In this document: positions 36,602-50,000 of the stretch, piece by piece | Numbering within the stretch: the stretch's first letter is position 1 | Layout of the letters: every line of letters begins with the position of its first letter | Source of the DNA: Orbicella franksi | Lineage: Eukaryota | Assembly: GCA_964199315.1 (NCBI GenBank) | Contig: OZ116698.1 | Location: 27,032,001 to 27,096,000, forward strand | Direction: 5' to 3' | DNA: 64,000 nt | Notes under the pieces: generated by a model | Told to the model about the DNA's origin: nothing | What the model saw: only the letters and a program-made list of their open reading frames with translations | The model's database searches: none | Position numbers and translations under genes: made by a program

Positions 36602-38218
36602 TTAAGGACCAGGGGTCGCCCAGCTTCAACCGCGCATTAGACATGCCTGCTCACGTTCCCCAAGCTGCAAATGATCTACAGATATCAACAGTGACCTATG
36701 GTACCTGGTACGATCGGCAGCTGTTAGACTGAAAATGTTTCAGATGTCTTCTGCGCAACAACAAAAAACATACGACTTGGGTTATCACAAAAGACTCAGA
36801 AGTCATCACATATTGAAATCGGTCTTCATGTTTTTGATTTGCGAGATCAGTGCCCATATACTTACGAGAATTAAGTCGGTCGTACGTGACATTGTTTCCA
36901 CAAACAATGTGCAAAACGATTCCTCTATTTTTGTCATCTTATTTCCTGTGCATAGCTGTATCAAATTACAATTAAACTTTCAGCAAACCCAGCCACAATA
37001 TAACATTTACAGACACATTTATATCGTCTCATGCATTCTTGCTGCAATGCCCGCGTGGCGGTTTGTGCTTTGGTTGTCAACAACATTAAAAGGTTTCGTC
37101 ATATGTCGCAGGGAAAACGGACAGAGAAATACGCACGTGTTTGCTACCGTTTGCAAGACAGTGGCCTTGTAATTGGTTTGCGCTTTTCCTCTTTCTCACC
37201 GGCACAAAAAATAACAACTTATCATCAATGGTTAAAGCTCGCGTGTCAGACCTTGTCCACTGCCTTCTCCAAGAGAGCTTGCTTGCAATCTAGCAAAGTA
37301 GGCATTTTCACAGACAACTGCTAAAAACCCAAGCGAGGTGTCGCGTAAAGACTCTTGGAGCAATACAACAACTATAGTCTTTGAAAGAGAAAGTAGGTAT
37401 GGTAGCAGTCACAAGCTAACAAAAAAGTCAGGTTTTCATGTTCTTACCCTGGTTTCTGACCAGCTTAATTTCATTCTGTGGCGAATGAATCTGCTAGTGT
37501 TTTCACTTATGTCGAAGGCAAATGTTACAAATTCCAAGTATCGCTGGTTTTCACTGCATGAAGTTGAATTGTTTGGTTCGGACGTTATCACCTCACGTTC
37601 GATTTCCGATATTCTCTCAAGTTCGTAACCTGCGTTATTTCCTTCCTATTTACCTTTTTTCCGCGAGAAAGGGATTACAAGACGTCCGCAGACAGCCTAT
37701 CAAGTTCGGTATTTACCTGAAAATATATTTAAAGAATAAGTCACGACATTGAGCGCACAAAACGATGGTTTTGCGCAAAGGTTGAAAAGATGTCCCTGTG
37801 AAACATTTTTTGTGCCCAACGCGCCAATTAACGCTGTCCACGTTGCTAAGCAACAGACTTGCGTCATGCTGCTCGAGTGACATTGCTGACATTCCTGAGA
37901 GTGAATGAGAACGTATTGGCGATGGGGATGGCGATCTGCGAGAGTTTATGTCTGGTTGTCTAGACCCTGATGTTTGGCATGGATACATCCTTGGTAAACC
38001 AAATTGATCAAACGTATTTCGCATCTGTGTGGATGATCGCGGTGTTCGTGATCGCCACATCGCGTGTACCGCGCGCATGCTCGCGCGCAATACGCTCGCA
38101 CCCATTTTCACCCTTACCCACTCGCGCGCACTGGTCTAAGGTACATTGCTTGCGCGTAAAAGTAGCAAAAAACAAAAAGTAAAGAGGAAAGTAAACTAGA
38201 ACCTTTGCTTTTATTCAG

Positions 38219-41085
38219 ATGCTGCCCAGTGAATTGTGTGGTCAGGCCCTGGTCATCTTGGGGAAGTTGTAACGCGGCATGTGGAAAAACTGGCAACCGA
38301 GCTCGCAGCCGGACAATTACAACCCACCCCTCATGCAAAGGTACTCCGTGTCCAACACTAAAGGAAACCAAGTCATGTCAAGGACCCTGCTGTCCAAGAG
38401 ACTGCCAGGTGAGTAGAACAATGCACATATGTAGTCAACTTCTTCGCTGGTGCTCAGCGACTTGTCAGGTAAATATATTCGCCGAACTACACAAAAGAAT
38501 GGAATTTGCGAGTGCCGAACAAAATTCCTGTATATATTGTGACAGCATTGCGTAAATTTAAATTCCCTAACTCGTTTCGAAATGCCGAAGACACTACCCG
38601 TTGCCCCCTTTACGTGAATTATCGGGCACGAGTCACATTTATCTTATCCTCTGCTTAATTAAGGAAACGATAGCGTGCTCTAAACAATCGGAAAAAAGAG
38701 ATGCTATATTTTTTACTATTCGGGTGCAAGAACAAAATCAATGCTGTTTTTACTATGCCTCCTGCTAGCTACATATGCTTGTGGACTTGTTACAGGCCAC
38801 ATAATTACTCCGATCCCCAGACAGACGGAAGCCAACCACAGTAACTGTATGTGATACATGTCTGCTCTGTCGTTGTTTAAGTCTTACGACGATCCTTAAA
38901 AAGATGGTTATGTCAAAAAACAAACAAAGAAACAAAAGCAAAGCTAACCAGATTGCCGGCTAATTTTTCCTTTGCTTTAGGTCTACAGTTGGTCGGCTTA
39001 TGGTCCTTGTGTAGCTCCACCTGGGAAGTGTAGTGCCAACAGTGGTATAAAGACGAGATCTCGTAAGATAAAATCTTATGCAAGCTGTGGTGGAAAGGGG
39101 TGTCCTTTATTGACCCAGACATCTCCATGCACCCCTGTTCCCATCCCATGCAAGGTACTTCTTATACTTCTGAGTATGTTTGGCTGTTACTTATCATCGA
39201 AGGTCTCTTTCATTTAATTCCCTTAAGTCGACAGTGAGTCTTAATCACAAAACACTATTTTGGAACCAGAATTACTAATGGGACACCATCTAAGGGGGGG
39301 GGGTACCTAAGCACTTAGGCCTGGGGGGACTCTCGTATAAAAAGTGCGGGGGTGCTCGCCGAAAATTTTGTAAAGAACCCCTAAGAGGTACCAAGATCCT
39401 GTTTTGTGGGCGTGGCTGTAAATCTTTTTCTTTCCTTATGGGTGTCAATTCAAAAACAACACATTATATCCTGTCATATGTTTTTTCGGCTCAATACCCT
39501 AAACGTTACTGCAAAAGCTCCCGCTGTGGACCTTTTGGGACTGAACACCCTTAGAGGTACCAAAACCACAATTTAGACCCCTGAAATGTACGATGAGCAC
39601 CCCTGTCCTTTTTATATGGGAGTCCCCCCCCCTCCCCCCCAGGCACTTTGGTTCCATTTTCTTCACTTTCGTACCATATCGCGATTGTCATCTCAATCAC
39701 TGCATTGACGAAATGAATCAATCTCTTTCCTCAGATGAGTTCCTGGAGTTCATGGAGCTCCTGTACACCAACCAATGGCAAGTGCGGCGCGGGCACTCAG
39801 TATCAAACACGTAACATTGCCACGGTACCTTACTGCAGCTCTCCGTGTCCAGCGAAGAAGCAAACTCGCTCGTGCACACACAGTTGTTGTCCTGTTGATT
39901 GCGTGACATCCTCGTGGACTGCATGGAGTGCTTGCTCCAACACCTGTGGTTCGGGTAAGTATCAGGGAACTAAACATCGATCATTCTTTAGAAGGAGAGT
40001 CGAAATCTGATCGAACCGGAGAAAAGATCGAGACATTCCCGTCGTCGTTTGCCGTGTCACTAACGTTGTCATGCAATCCTGAATACTGTATTGTCACATC
40101 CGGCTCAAACAAACTCCACTGTATTTGAAATGTTATTGGATCGTCACGCAATAATACTCTGGAATTGTTGTCCCATTCAAACCAAGGGTGATTTTTTTTT
40201 CTCCTTTCACTATCGATACACTGACGAGTAAACCGAATTTAAGAAATCTTTAACCACAACCGTTTTCCAATCGCACGCGAGAAACATAACTTCTTCTTAT
40301 GCGATCAGGTAACCAGTCACAACACCGCGCTAATAGTGCTTGTTTTTTTTAGGTTCTAAGACAAGAACACGAAGCGTAGCGACCCATCCTTCTTGCAGTG
40401 GAAAATCCTGTCCAACGCTCAAGCAAACAACGGCTTGCTCACAGTACAACAATCGTGATTGCGTCATGTCTGCTTGGACGTCCTGGTCGCTCTGTAGCAA
40501 TGGCTGTGGAAAAGGATGGTCCACTCGAACACGCAGTATTACTACGTCAGCGTTATGCAACGGGAAAGCATGCGGGACTAGGTCAGACAAGAAACAATGC
40601 ACTGATTACAGAGAGAACAGAGACTGCGTGGTAAGTTGTCAGAGATGTAGGGGACATAGATGTAATAGGGTCTTCAAGCGTCCAGAAATTTTACTAGAAG
40701 AATCAATCGATCAGAGAATTGAAAATTCCTGTATATATACTGATATATTCCAGGCCACGTTGCGGCATAGGAACTGAGAGACAGTCTCACGCAAGCGTGC
40801 GGTAGATTAGACATAAGAAACAGAGTTTAAAACGTTTTCGTTTGTGTTAAACAGGTAGAAGTAGAAATGTACTATCTTTAGTCAAACTAAATTTTAGCGG
40901 AAGAGGAGAAATTATATATAACGACTGAAAAGCTAAAAGTGAACTTGATCCTGTGTTTTTTAAAGGTAAATTCCTGGGGCTCGTGGGGAGCTTGCAATGA
41001 AAAATGTGCTGTTGGATCAAAGAAAAGAACGAGAACAGTCAAAATTTCTAAAAGGTGTCAAGGCAAAGATTGTCCAACCCTTCAG
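38219..41085 (+). CDS. Constant exons 1-5: six TSP1 repeats
   Basis: CCPVNCVVRPWSSWGSC, VYSWSAYGPC, MSSWSSWSSC, CVTSSWTAWSAC, CVMSAWTSWSLC, CVVNSWGSWGAC, each followed by an RxRxR..C.G..CP stretch. Confidence 0.9.
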
Positions 41086-44000
41086 GTAAGCATAAATTGT
41101 TGAGACCTCGAGAGAAAAGCGCTAAAATATCGGCGTATTTCTCAAACCTTCACCAGTATGTTTTTCTCCCGCTATATGCACTTATTACGTAAATTGAAAC
41201 CAAATAGAAACGTTATTTTTCCGAGAAGCAGGGCGTAGATTGGGAAGGGGGAAGAGGTGATAAGGGGGCAGTTAAGCCTTTCGAAGGCATGGGTGAACTA
41301 CACGGAGGCGCTTGGATTCATAGCGTGTGTAGAGTGTATGAGAACCTGTCATTACGACTTTCGTCAGTATTAGCTTAGCTGCCATGAATGCTAAGTAGAT
41401 TAGTGTTTTTCTTTTGAAGGAAACTTCTCAGTGTGGAACTCCCAACAATGGCTGTCAACACAAGTGCTCCAATGGCGTATGTTCCTGTAATGCGGGTTAT
41501 AATCTGGCTTCAGACAAGAAGAAGTGCAACGCTATAGATTGCAAAATGCCTAAACCGACATACTGCGCACCAGGTTAGTGTTAAAAGAACTCAAGAGCTA
41601 CCACAAAACAGAAAACAAACGAACAAAATTAGGAAACAAGGGCTACAAATTCTGGTCTATTCTTTCGCTAAAGATTATATGTTTTTTGGTCACAGCGTGT
41701 CTCTGAAAACGCCTTACTGCGTCCTGAAATCAGATTTGAGCCCGCCTTAAAAACTTCCAAATGTGCAGACATTCGCGACAAAATTCATGGTCATTCATTC
41801 TTCCTCATTCTGAAGAAGTCGAGAAAATCGAGTCAGCAGAGTGATTTCTCCCAAAAACTCGTAAGAGTCGTCCAGAACTTGTTTATCTAATATTTATTAA
41901 TATTAAACCTCAAGCAGGGTACTTTTTACAACGCAGGCTTCATTTTAAAGCATGATTACGGGGATATTTACAACCCCTGCGCTTTTACGGATCGGTGCTT
42001 CATCGTATATCACGTGTTTTTAAAATAATTGTCTCAAACCAATAGACCGTTTTCGATACATTAACGCTCAGCTTGGCAGTGAGGCTTAGAGGACACAAAC
42101 AAAGGAAATTGAATGACCATGTTTATTCATTTCTTTTGTTTGTGTCCTCTAGGCCTCACTATCAAGCTGAATTCTAACATATCGAAAGTGGCCTATTCAC
42201 AATCATTTGTGGACAATATATCAAAATCTCCCTGAAACATGGTAGCCACGGCAACAGCATGACCTGCCGAAGAACCAAATCGTGGATCCACATTTTTTCT
42301 TTCTTGAATGACGACTTATTCAATGTTTAAAAATTTTGCACCTAGGGATCAAGATTCAAAACAGAGCCACATATCCATAGTTTTCGAAAATCTAAGGTCA
42401 CAGTATGGTTTCACATTTAAAACAGCATCAAACTGATAGATTTATTATACAATATAGTGAAACAGTTTTTATTCAAAATAGTCAGCTGACGCATAAATAT
42501 TGAAGTGCGGCTCGAATCATTTTTAAGAGTTAAGAACAAAAGGCAGCCATGGTCCCTTGGGTGTTCACAAAATTTGTGAAAGTTTGTCGCCTATTCTTCG
42601 CATTGTCTTGTCGTCACATTTTGCCGAACCAATACTGGGTAGTGGAATCATTTCCTGCAGAGCAACGAAAGGCCGGATTTGGAGTTCTGTAATAATCAAA
42701 ATTATGCTCACCAGCTATTCCCCCGTTAGGTGACCCATAAAAGTTACATAATCCTTGTCCAGGAGGAAAATAGCTCAATACATACGATGCTCTGTATTTG
42801 AAGACAACCGTCCGAGCATGGCGATTCATACACTGATTCCCTCTTGTGTTGATGAACTCATAAGTAACGCTTGCATGATGTGATGGACGTCGGCGGCTCT
42901 TCTTTTGTTTGCCTCATTACGTATTAGATAAATTCCATTCGCGTGACTTCCAGATAGTAAGATGTCGTGACATGATCTCTGCGCTTCCTGACATTTGTGG
43001 CCGGTATAGCCAGGCGGGCATGCGCACTTGAATCTTTTAGCTCTGATGTCACACACTACACTACAAGTGCCGCCATTTTCACACGGAGTTGATTGACAGC
43101 ATCCGCTGTGACATGAGTCACTTGAACAGATCTTCCAGGGAGGCTGAAAAAAAGTAATTCCTCTCATTCGTGAATTAGAAGAGATTTGATCTATTTGATT
43201 ATTCTTTAGACAAATTCTTTAATCAATTTAATTTGCCCTGCTACGCTTTGTTTAAATTTACAATCAATTTGTTTTGTACTTGCTCGAAGAAAATATTGGG
43301 TGCTTTTCTCTAGCTGTTTAATGTTTAGTTGAGCCTTGTGTTGTGTTCTTGATCAAAGCACGTTACTCTCACAGTACCTACTTCCACACAGATAAACCTG
43401 TGGTTGCCTGGCATCCCTTTCAAGGGGGTTGGGGAGGGGAGTAAATACTCTTTCTTAATTCTACTGAAACCGGGATAAGCCCCTGCGATATGGGATACTT
43501 TGGTCCGGTGCAGACTTGTCCGGTGCATACCAAAGTTTTCGACGGGAAAGCACTTTCCAACATTTTCGTACTATTTTTGGCACTGGCAGATCAGCATTGC
43601 ACTGTAAAGTGTATCTAACCAAAAAGTAGTTGAATATTGCCCTTCGTTTAGCTAGAACCTGAGAACCGTTTCTTTGTTATAGAAATCTAAATTTACCTTT
43701 GTGAGGTAGCTCCGAACCATCTCAATATACGTCCAGCCTATTGTCCGTTTTATTGATTCAGGATCTGTGTACGAGGCAGCCCCGTTTAGTTGACAGTTTG
43801 GTTCAACTCCGCTGTCGCTTTTAAAGTTGAATGATAGACACTGGCAGTTAACAGAACATCTCGTAAAGCAGCCATAATGGTCGGATGAAGAGTGTTCAGA
43901 GAGAAGATGGCCTTGTAGAGAATAGTTCCATTTCATACGCATTTCGTCTTGTCCATGTGGGAAATCCATTTTTTCGCAGTTGTCGTCCTCCAGGCATTGT

Positions 44001-47000
44001 GCCGATACAGACGTGATGAAGAGAACGATTATCAGTGCCATTTCGAGGTGTTCACTTTGTTTCAAAATCTTCGAATGCTGTATATGCGTTGGTCCGGAAG
44101 GTGTGTTCAAAGGCGCTGGCTTTTGCATGACTTTTTCTCGTTTTCTACACAATTACAGCTTGTTTGAAATCATAACAGTGTGTTGCCATGGAGAGGGAGA
44201 ATTGAGAATTTATTTATTTTCCCATCAGGGCATAGCAGACTTATTGATTTTACCTGAAGTGCGAGCGTTAACTTCTAATGAGAGAAATACGCTCCTTAAA
44301 AGTCAAGAAGGTGTATTATTAGTAATTATGTTCGTTAACATTTGTTCCCAATCTGCGCAAAAAGCTAATTGAAAGTGTTTCTCATATATGTTTACAAATC
44401 GTGTTGACTTATCCACGAAAACGTGTTTAATTTGCTGTAGTGGAGGTATAAATTATTAAGGTGCACAAGTCGCTGTATTATTACATTGTTTTAACTTCCT
44501 CTCAAGTGGACAATTCTTAAATGAGAAGCCGACAATTAAGTTGTCTTTCCGTCGTCAGGGTGATGAAAAGCACCACATTTTGATTAAAGTAAACAAGAAA
44601 AAACGTAATTGTTTATTTAAAAACACGTGGGGCTTGATGCAGCCTAGGAAAAATGAGTAGACAATAGCTATGTATGGAGCATTCATCTTCAACCAACAAA
44701 ATACCAACAGCGCTACTGAGACATACATCATTTAAAACTGAGGAAAAGTTCTCAAAACAGCATGAATCTTTTTATATGAAAAAAGAAATTACGAAGAACT
44801 CTCACAGTTGGATTCTTTACAATAAATACCAGCTGGCGATTTCCACAGAGGTATTTTTGACGATACACAAGATGACTGATTTTTAACCCAGGGAATATTC
44901 TTCTGCCCTTGCTTAAAAAGAATTGAAATCAAGACAGCTCTACATGTCCAAATGTTAAAAAATTAAAACCGACAGTATGGAACAGGAGCCTTCACTTGGT
45001 AAAGCTCAGAAGTTTCTGTGAAACAATTTGTTCGAAGCTACCTTGTACCGTCCGGTCGCATTAAATTCTAATAAAGGATCGCTCAATTCCTTGAAGTGGG
45101 ACATGTTGCGCGTTTATCAAAGCTTTGCTGGCGGAATGCTTCAAAACGTTATTCATTCCAGTGTGTTATAACTCACTTTTCTCTCTGGATGTGAAACGTT
45201 TTCTGTGAATATGAAATTCCCTTTTTTGTGACTGGATGGAGAAACATTAAGCTCCTTTCTCAAAGTCTGTGAAAACGCAAAAACATTTTTCACACAAATC
45301 TTTTTTTTTTCATGTCACTGACGTCACTATAATTCCCGTTTCTTTTTCCGTCTGAAAAAAAAAGCAGCTCCTTAAGTCCATGTTTATGAAAGGACTACGA
45401 TTTTTTTTCCTCCTTGTCGAACGTACTAACGGAAGCGAAAGTTGTTCAATCTCTTTTTGTTTAAAAACATCATTTCCTTTGTCTTCAGGTACTTCGCTCG
45501 GCAGCACTTGCAAGCATGCTATTGCCACGTGCCCAGGAGGCAAGACCACATACCCTGTCACGTGTTCACTGGGATGTCCAAAGGACTATTCCATCAAGGG
45601 ATCGTCCACGGTCACGTGTCAAACATCGGGACAGTGGTCGTCATATGCTACGTCATATTGCCAACGCAACAATGATCCACCCACTCAGGTTAGAGCGAAT
45701 GACGAACATCTCATTTCTCTTTATAATGTGATCGTAGTTTTAAGCAGATAAGTAAAGAGAATTGCGAGAATGATGGAAGAGTGATGTTTTATCTTGTATA
45801 AGTGGATATGCAAAATTATATTTCGATCTCGTGACTAAGAATATCTGAAACAACTACTTGTAGCACACAACAAACATTGAATACAAATCAATAATTTTAA
45901 CTCTATGAAACTCTCTCGTCTACGATTATGATCACAGCTTAAACACCACTTTAGAAACGAGGAAATATCTGGGGCCGGTCTCATCTTACAGTCGCCTGTG
46001 GGACCTTTCCTAGGGGCAAAATTAAAGATGAGAAGCCATATTGGCCCCAGTAGTCTCCTTCCAAACCCTCGTTTTCGCAAATGATAAAAGTGTCAAAGAG
46101 CTAAATTTGGTTATCTTGTTCCTTTGCAGATCGTTTTGTCCGGCTCAGCCAGTATTCCAGAAAACAAACAACGCGGCACCAAAGTAGGTACATTTTCGTC
46201 TGTGGACCCGAACAGTAAAGACAAGCACACCTATAGTATTGTCAGTGGAGGAAGTGGCAAGTTTGAACTACGTGGAGTTGATCTGTACACACTGACTGTC
46301 TTCGACTACGAATCGTCACCTAACAAGTAAGTTGTTAACGACAAAGAGAGTTCTGAGATTGTCAGTTGCATTTTATATTGACATTTAAGAAACTAATCGT
46401 TGTCTATTTAGAATGCGCGAATTGGATTGGCTTTGCAATCGTTGGCTACTGGCTGATGGCTAACACTCGCGCGAGGCGTGCGTGCTTGTTGTCATAAACA
46501 TTTTTATAAAAAAAAAAATAAACGGTCCCTGAAACAAGGAATGTTTTAGTTAAAACAGTTTGATATGAGTTCGAGTTTTCCACTGGCGAATGGTCATCAA
46601 GGCGTTGACTGGTTCAAAATTGGCTTGATACTTAAGGAGTATTAAATTTCGCGGAGGCAGGTGTTTGCGTTTAGTGGCCCCAGTTTTGGCGGAAAATACA
46701 CAAGCACCTGCAGTTTTATTTTGGCGGGAAATCCATACGCGCCTTCCAGTCGACCGCTGTTAAATTGATTGAGGAATGTTGATAGTCTGTATTCAATTTT
46801 CGATCCAGTAGAATTACTTTTTACTCATAGAGTGTGAATAATTATTCTTGTTTCGATCTAACTTCGCAGATTTTCACTCGTCATAAGGAGCACAGACAAC
46901 GGCAGTCCACCGATGAAACTCGAGAAAGCATTTACGATTTCTGTGACAGACGTGAATGAGAAGCCTACGGCGATCCAGGTAACAATGGGGTCACAAAGTG

Positions 47001-50000
47001 AAAAAACACTGACAGACTTATTACGAAGGATAATAACATCGGTTGAATGATGATGAATAAAACTAACCTAACCAAGAAGGTAACAGATTAGTATACACCT
47101 GACCACAATGAATCTGCTTGCGCGACCTTTCCTTTTTTCGCGGTAGTTTATGGCAACAGGATTACGCATCGTATTCGTGGCTTAGTCCTTGTTAGCTAAA
47201 TTGGAAGCAAAATGTATAGCATCATTTCTTTTTTTTTCCTTCTTGTCAGTTGTCAAGCAACAACGTCGATGAGAACAGTGACGTGGACACAGTGGTGGGC
47301 ATGCTCAGTACCGCTGACCCAGATAACGGGCAGACTTATAGTTATAGCATGCTGGATGGCGCCGGTGGAAGGTTTAAAATTCAAAGCAACTTGGTGAAGG
47401 TAAGTTAATGACAGGCAGTGATTAGATGACTACGTTTACCCCCAGAACAAACAGTGGAATTCAGAGATCCACAGTTGTTGTTTTACCTTAATGCAACATG
47501 AAGTAAATCTCTTCTGAGTTTGATTTTAAAGCATCTCGTTCGTCTAGCATCTGAAAATATTGAATTTGATTGGCTAACAAAGCATGGGCTGCTCTTCTTT
47601 TCTCTTCTGTTTTGCCATCTCGACCTTGCATTTCCATCAGTTAGCGGTCTCGAGTTTACTTTCATTGGCAACGTGAAGAGCTGCAGAAACTCTCTTCTCT
47701 GCCACTCAATTTATTTAGCCCCTTTTAAGTTTTAAACACTTATCACAAAGTTTATCAAAGAGCAATAGTAAAGCACGATGTTTGGGAAGCGCAGTGCTCT
47801 GAAGGTTGGCGTGTTAGCTAGGTATTAAAACTTTTTTCTTCTGTTTTTGCAGGTTGCAAAGTCCAACAAGAATTGCTTACTAAACGGTGGCTCCCAGTGC
47901 CTACTCAACTATGAAAGCGTATCCTCTTACTCTATAAAAGTCCGTAGTGTTGACAGCGGTTCTCCATCCCAATCGGTCAACGCTTCATTTAACATCGTTT
48001 TGAATGACGTCAATGATCAACCACGTAGTCTAAAATTGTCCAATTACAAGGTGACTGAGAACGCACCATTAAATACCGTGGTCGGAAATCTATCCGCTAG
48101 TGATGAAGACAAAGGCCAAAAACTCAGTTTTTCATTGGTTGATGACGACAGTGGCAAATTTGCTCTGGACAGCAAAGGTGGTCTTTACAAGGCAAACTCC
48201 ACAGACTATGAAACGAGCACGGTTCATTACGTCGTTGCCAAGGTTACTGACAATGGCCAGCCAGCGTTGTCGGTAAGTGATTGATGAAAATGGTAGTTAC
48301 GTCGAATATCCGAGCGTTTCGTTGTAGCAAAATACATTGTAACTGGTGTGTTAATATGACGCCAGACTTCGTGACTTTGCTATTAATTTTATGAAATTTA
48401 AGCTTTTTCTCAAGCTGAAATTCAAATGTGTAATGTACAATGTAATTCAAATGTAAAAACACGTACATGCCTGTATCTCACTGTCCGAAAAGGGGTTTGA
48501 ACTCAAATGTGTCATCTTGCAGACGAGCCTCGAGTACGTTTGAAAGTACATCTGGCCCTGGTTGCTCAAAACATACATAATATTATTTATCGAACAAATC
48601 ACTATCCAGTGGATAGCGTAGTTTGTTTTGTCAAGACTTATCCACTGGAGAGTAATTTATCCACTGGATAGGGTTATCCACAGCTGAACCCTGCGGGTTC
48701 TCAAAACAGAACTTTGAACTGAGTAAGAAAAATGCCACATTTTATACGTCCACTTCTAACTAGGACGTGTAGGAATATGGTATGCATTATAAACTAAACT
48801 CCCTTTTTTGCTTTCTTAGATGACCAAAAACTTTTCTATTGTGGTGTTGGATGTCAACGAGGCTCCAGTCTCTATCGTCCTAGACCAGCAGAGTGTGCAG
48901 GAGAATTCAAAGCCCGGTACCAGGGTGGGCACTTTAACAGCAACAGACACCGATGCTGTTCAGAATCTAACTTTTAAACTAGACGATGATGCAGCAGGCA
49001 AATTTTCTCTTCAACCGAACACTTCCTGTCAGAATCTTGCTTCAACCGGAACCCGATGCACCACAGACTTAATGGTGAGCGGCGCTATAAACTACGAAGA
49101 TGCGTCAAGCTTGGACATCATCGTCCGCGTGACTGACGACAAAGGGCTTTTCCACTCGGAAATGTTTAATGTGACGGTGATTGACGTAAATGATCCGCCC
49201 ACGAATGTTACCTTGGATGGAAGTGCGTCGGCGTCGATTCCTGAGAACAGCAAAAACGTTCAGATCGATACTCTGCTTACAGAAGACGAAGACCATGGAC
49301 AGAGTTTTACTTACGTCTTGATTAACAACCCTGGAGGTGATTTCGAAATTAGCGGAGACAAGCTGTTTACATCGAAAAACGCTAATCTTGACTTCGAGTC
49401 ATCTTCGAGCTATCAAATTACTGTGAAGTCGACTGATAATGGAAATCCACCGAAGTCCGTGGAGATATCGTTAGTTGTTAACCTTCTAGACGTTAACGAG
49501 AGACCAACCAAAATAACGTTGTCCAATAACAGCGTCCAAGAAAACAAACCATCCGGGACGGTGATTGGTCAATTGACTGTCACTGACCCTGACAGACAAC
49601 AAAGTCACGTGTGCAGTTTAACTGATTCAGCCAATGGGAAAGCAGGAATAAGCAGCAACAACCTGACCGTTGGTAGTGCGGGCGTCAATTACGAAGAAGC
49701 TAGCTCCTTCAGCGTGAAAATTCTTTGTCGCGATACAGGCGGCCTCACAGTGGAACAGACATTTGTCGTTCTTGTTCAAGACGTCAACGAGAAGCCAACC
49801 AGTATAGTGCTCTCAAACAATAAGATTCAAGAAAATCAGCAGAGTGGCACCGTAGTCGCACTTCTAAATGTCACTGATCCAGACAATGTCAACACCCAAG
49901 TCCAAACGTTTTCGTTCTCAGTTCTCAGCAGTTCGCAACCTTTTGTAATGCAAAATAATGCTCTTGTCTCCACGCGCGTGCTTGATTTCGAGAACAGCGC

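Noticed and set aside
38219-38272. ATG at the very start of the first constant exon as a translation start
   Set aside because: Out of frame with the TSP1 coding frame and stops after 17 codons.
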